This document shows, piece by piece, positions 63,302-64,000 of a stretch of 64,000 nt of DNA. The DNA comes from Dendrobates tinctorius (Eukaryota): contig NW_027361771.1 of assembly GCF_039654945.1 (NCBI RefSeq), positions 17,298,001-17,362,000 of the forward strand, given 5' to 3'. A model generated the notes under the pieces. That model saw only the letters and a program-made list of their open reading frames with translations. It was not told where the DNA came from and did no database searches. A program made the translations under genes and the position numbers. Each line of letters begins with the position of its first letter. Position 1 is the first letter of the stretch.

Positions 63302-63919
63302 TGTATATACATACATATATACATCTTACAACATGAACATTTTGTGAGAAACAGTTATGTTAAAATTTCTGGATTGTGGCAATTATGCTTTTCGCCTTTA
63401 AAAAAATTGGATTTCCCTATCTCATAAGCCAGGAAGCAAACATTATGCTACACACCAGACATACTTTGGATTAGCAGCATAATTAGGACAGAGGGGTATT
63501 GAAAATCCTCTCCTTGTTTGCAATGTGTGAATAATAAAAAAAAATCATCTACTAAGGTGCAATTGCTGCAATATAACAGGTCAATCAATTCACAGTCACA
63601 CTGAGTGAGTATGCAGGTATAGCATGGTCTGTGACACACAAGCCTTTGTATAGCTTGTAATATGTCATTTGATTCTTTGGATTATTATTCACAGACTCAC
63701 TAGCCCTCCCATTTTCTCTTTGCTCCAGCACTACAGTAGTACACCACCAACAGAGTAGGTATTTTCTAGTAACGGAATAAGCTGTGCTCTCTCACCTCCT
63801 ACCCCTACATTTCAAAGTCTGGCTTAACAGGATGAGAATTCAATGTATCTTATGTGATCTCAAAAGCTTCTTCGCTTTCTTTATATCTTCATGTTGGTCT
63901 TGGTATCTTATATATGATT

Positions 63920-64000
63920 AATTATTATTATTATTATTATTATTATGCATTTATATAGCACCATTTATTCCATGGCGCTTTATATGTGAAAAGGGGAAAA
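63920..64000 (-). mobile_element. 3' tail of an L2 or L2-related SINE
   Basis: (ATT)n plus tttatatagcacca...gcgctttat, as at 62075. Confidence 0.65.

Overview
Vertebrate genomic DNA, most likely from a frog (inferred from the repeat families). It is almost entirely nested transposable elements. From left to right: (1) a decayed Gmr1-type Gypsy element with PR-IN-RT order, 1370-10305 (-), carrying SINE, Tc1 and piggyBac-like insertions; (2) TTAA-ended piggyBac-like non-autonomous elements with telomere-like (CCCTAA)n arrays; (3) a near-complete Tc1; (4) two candidate terminal exons of an unidentified host gene; (5) a self-priming sushi/Tf1-type LTR element whose 5' LTR holds an 8.8-kb BED-finger hAT transposon; (6) a 17-kb complex of two near-identical Neptune-type Penelope-like elements (PLEs) in inverted orientation; (7) a Tc1 > solo LTR > MADF-carrying hAT nest; (8) an L2 LINE. 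The main point of interest is the PLE complex. The + copy has ORF1 and an RT/GIY-YIG ORF2 joined by a U UUU UUA slippery site placed exactly where the -1 frame opens, plus variant hammerhead ribozymes in its pLTRs. The - copy is exactly one circularly permuted unit. It lacks a 1018-nt intron-like segment, has two substitutions at the predicted ribozyme cleavage site, and is bounded by the same 8-bp duplication (CCCACGAT) joined to outward-facing hAT right and left ends. That topology is what a hAT insertion into a circular, spliced PLE cDNA would leave. All alignments were made by eye; no searches were run.
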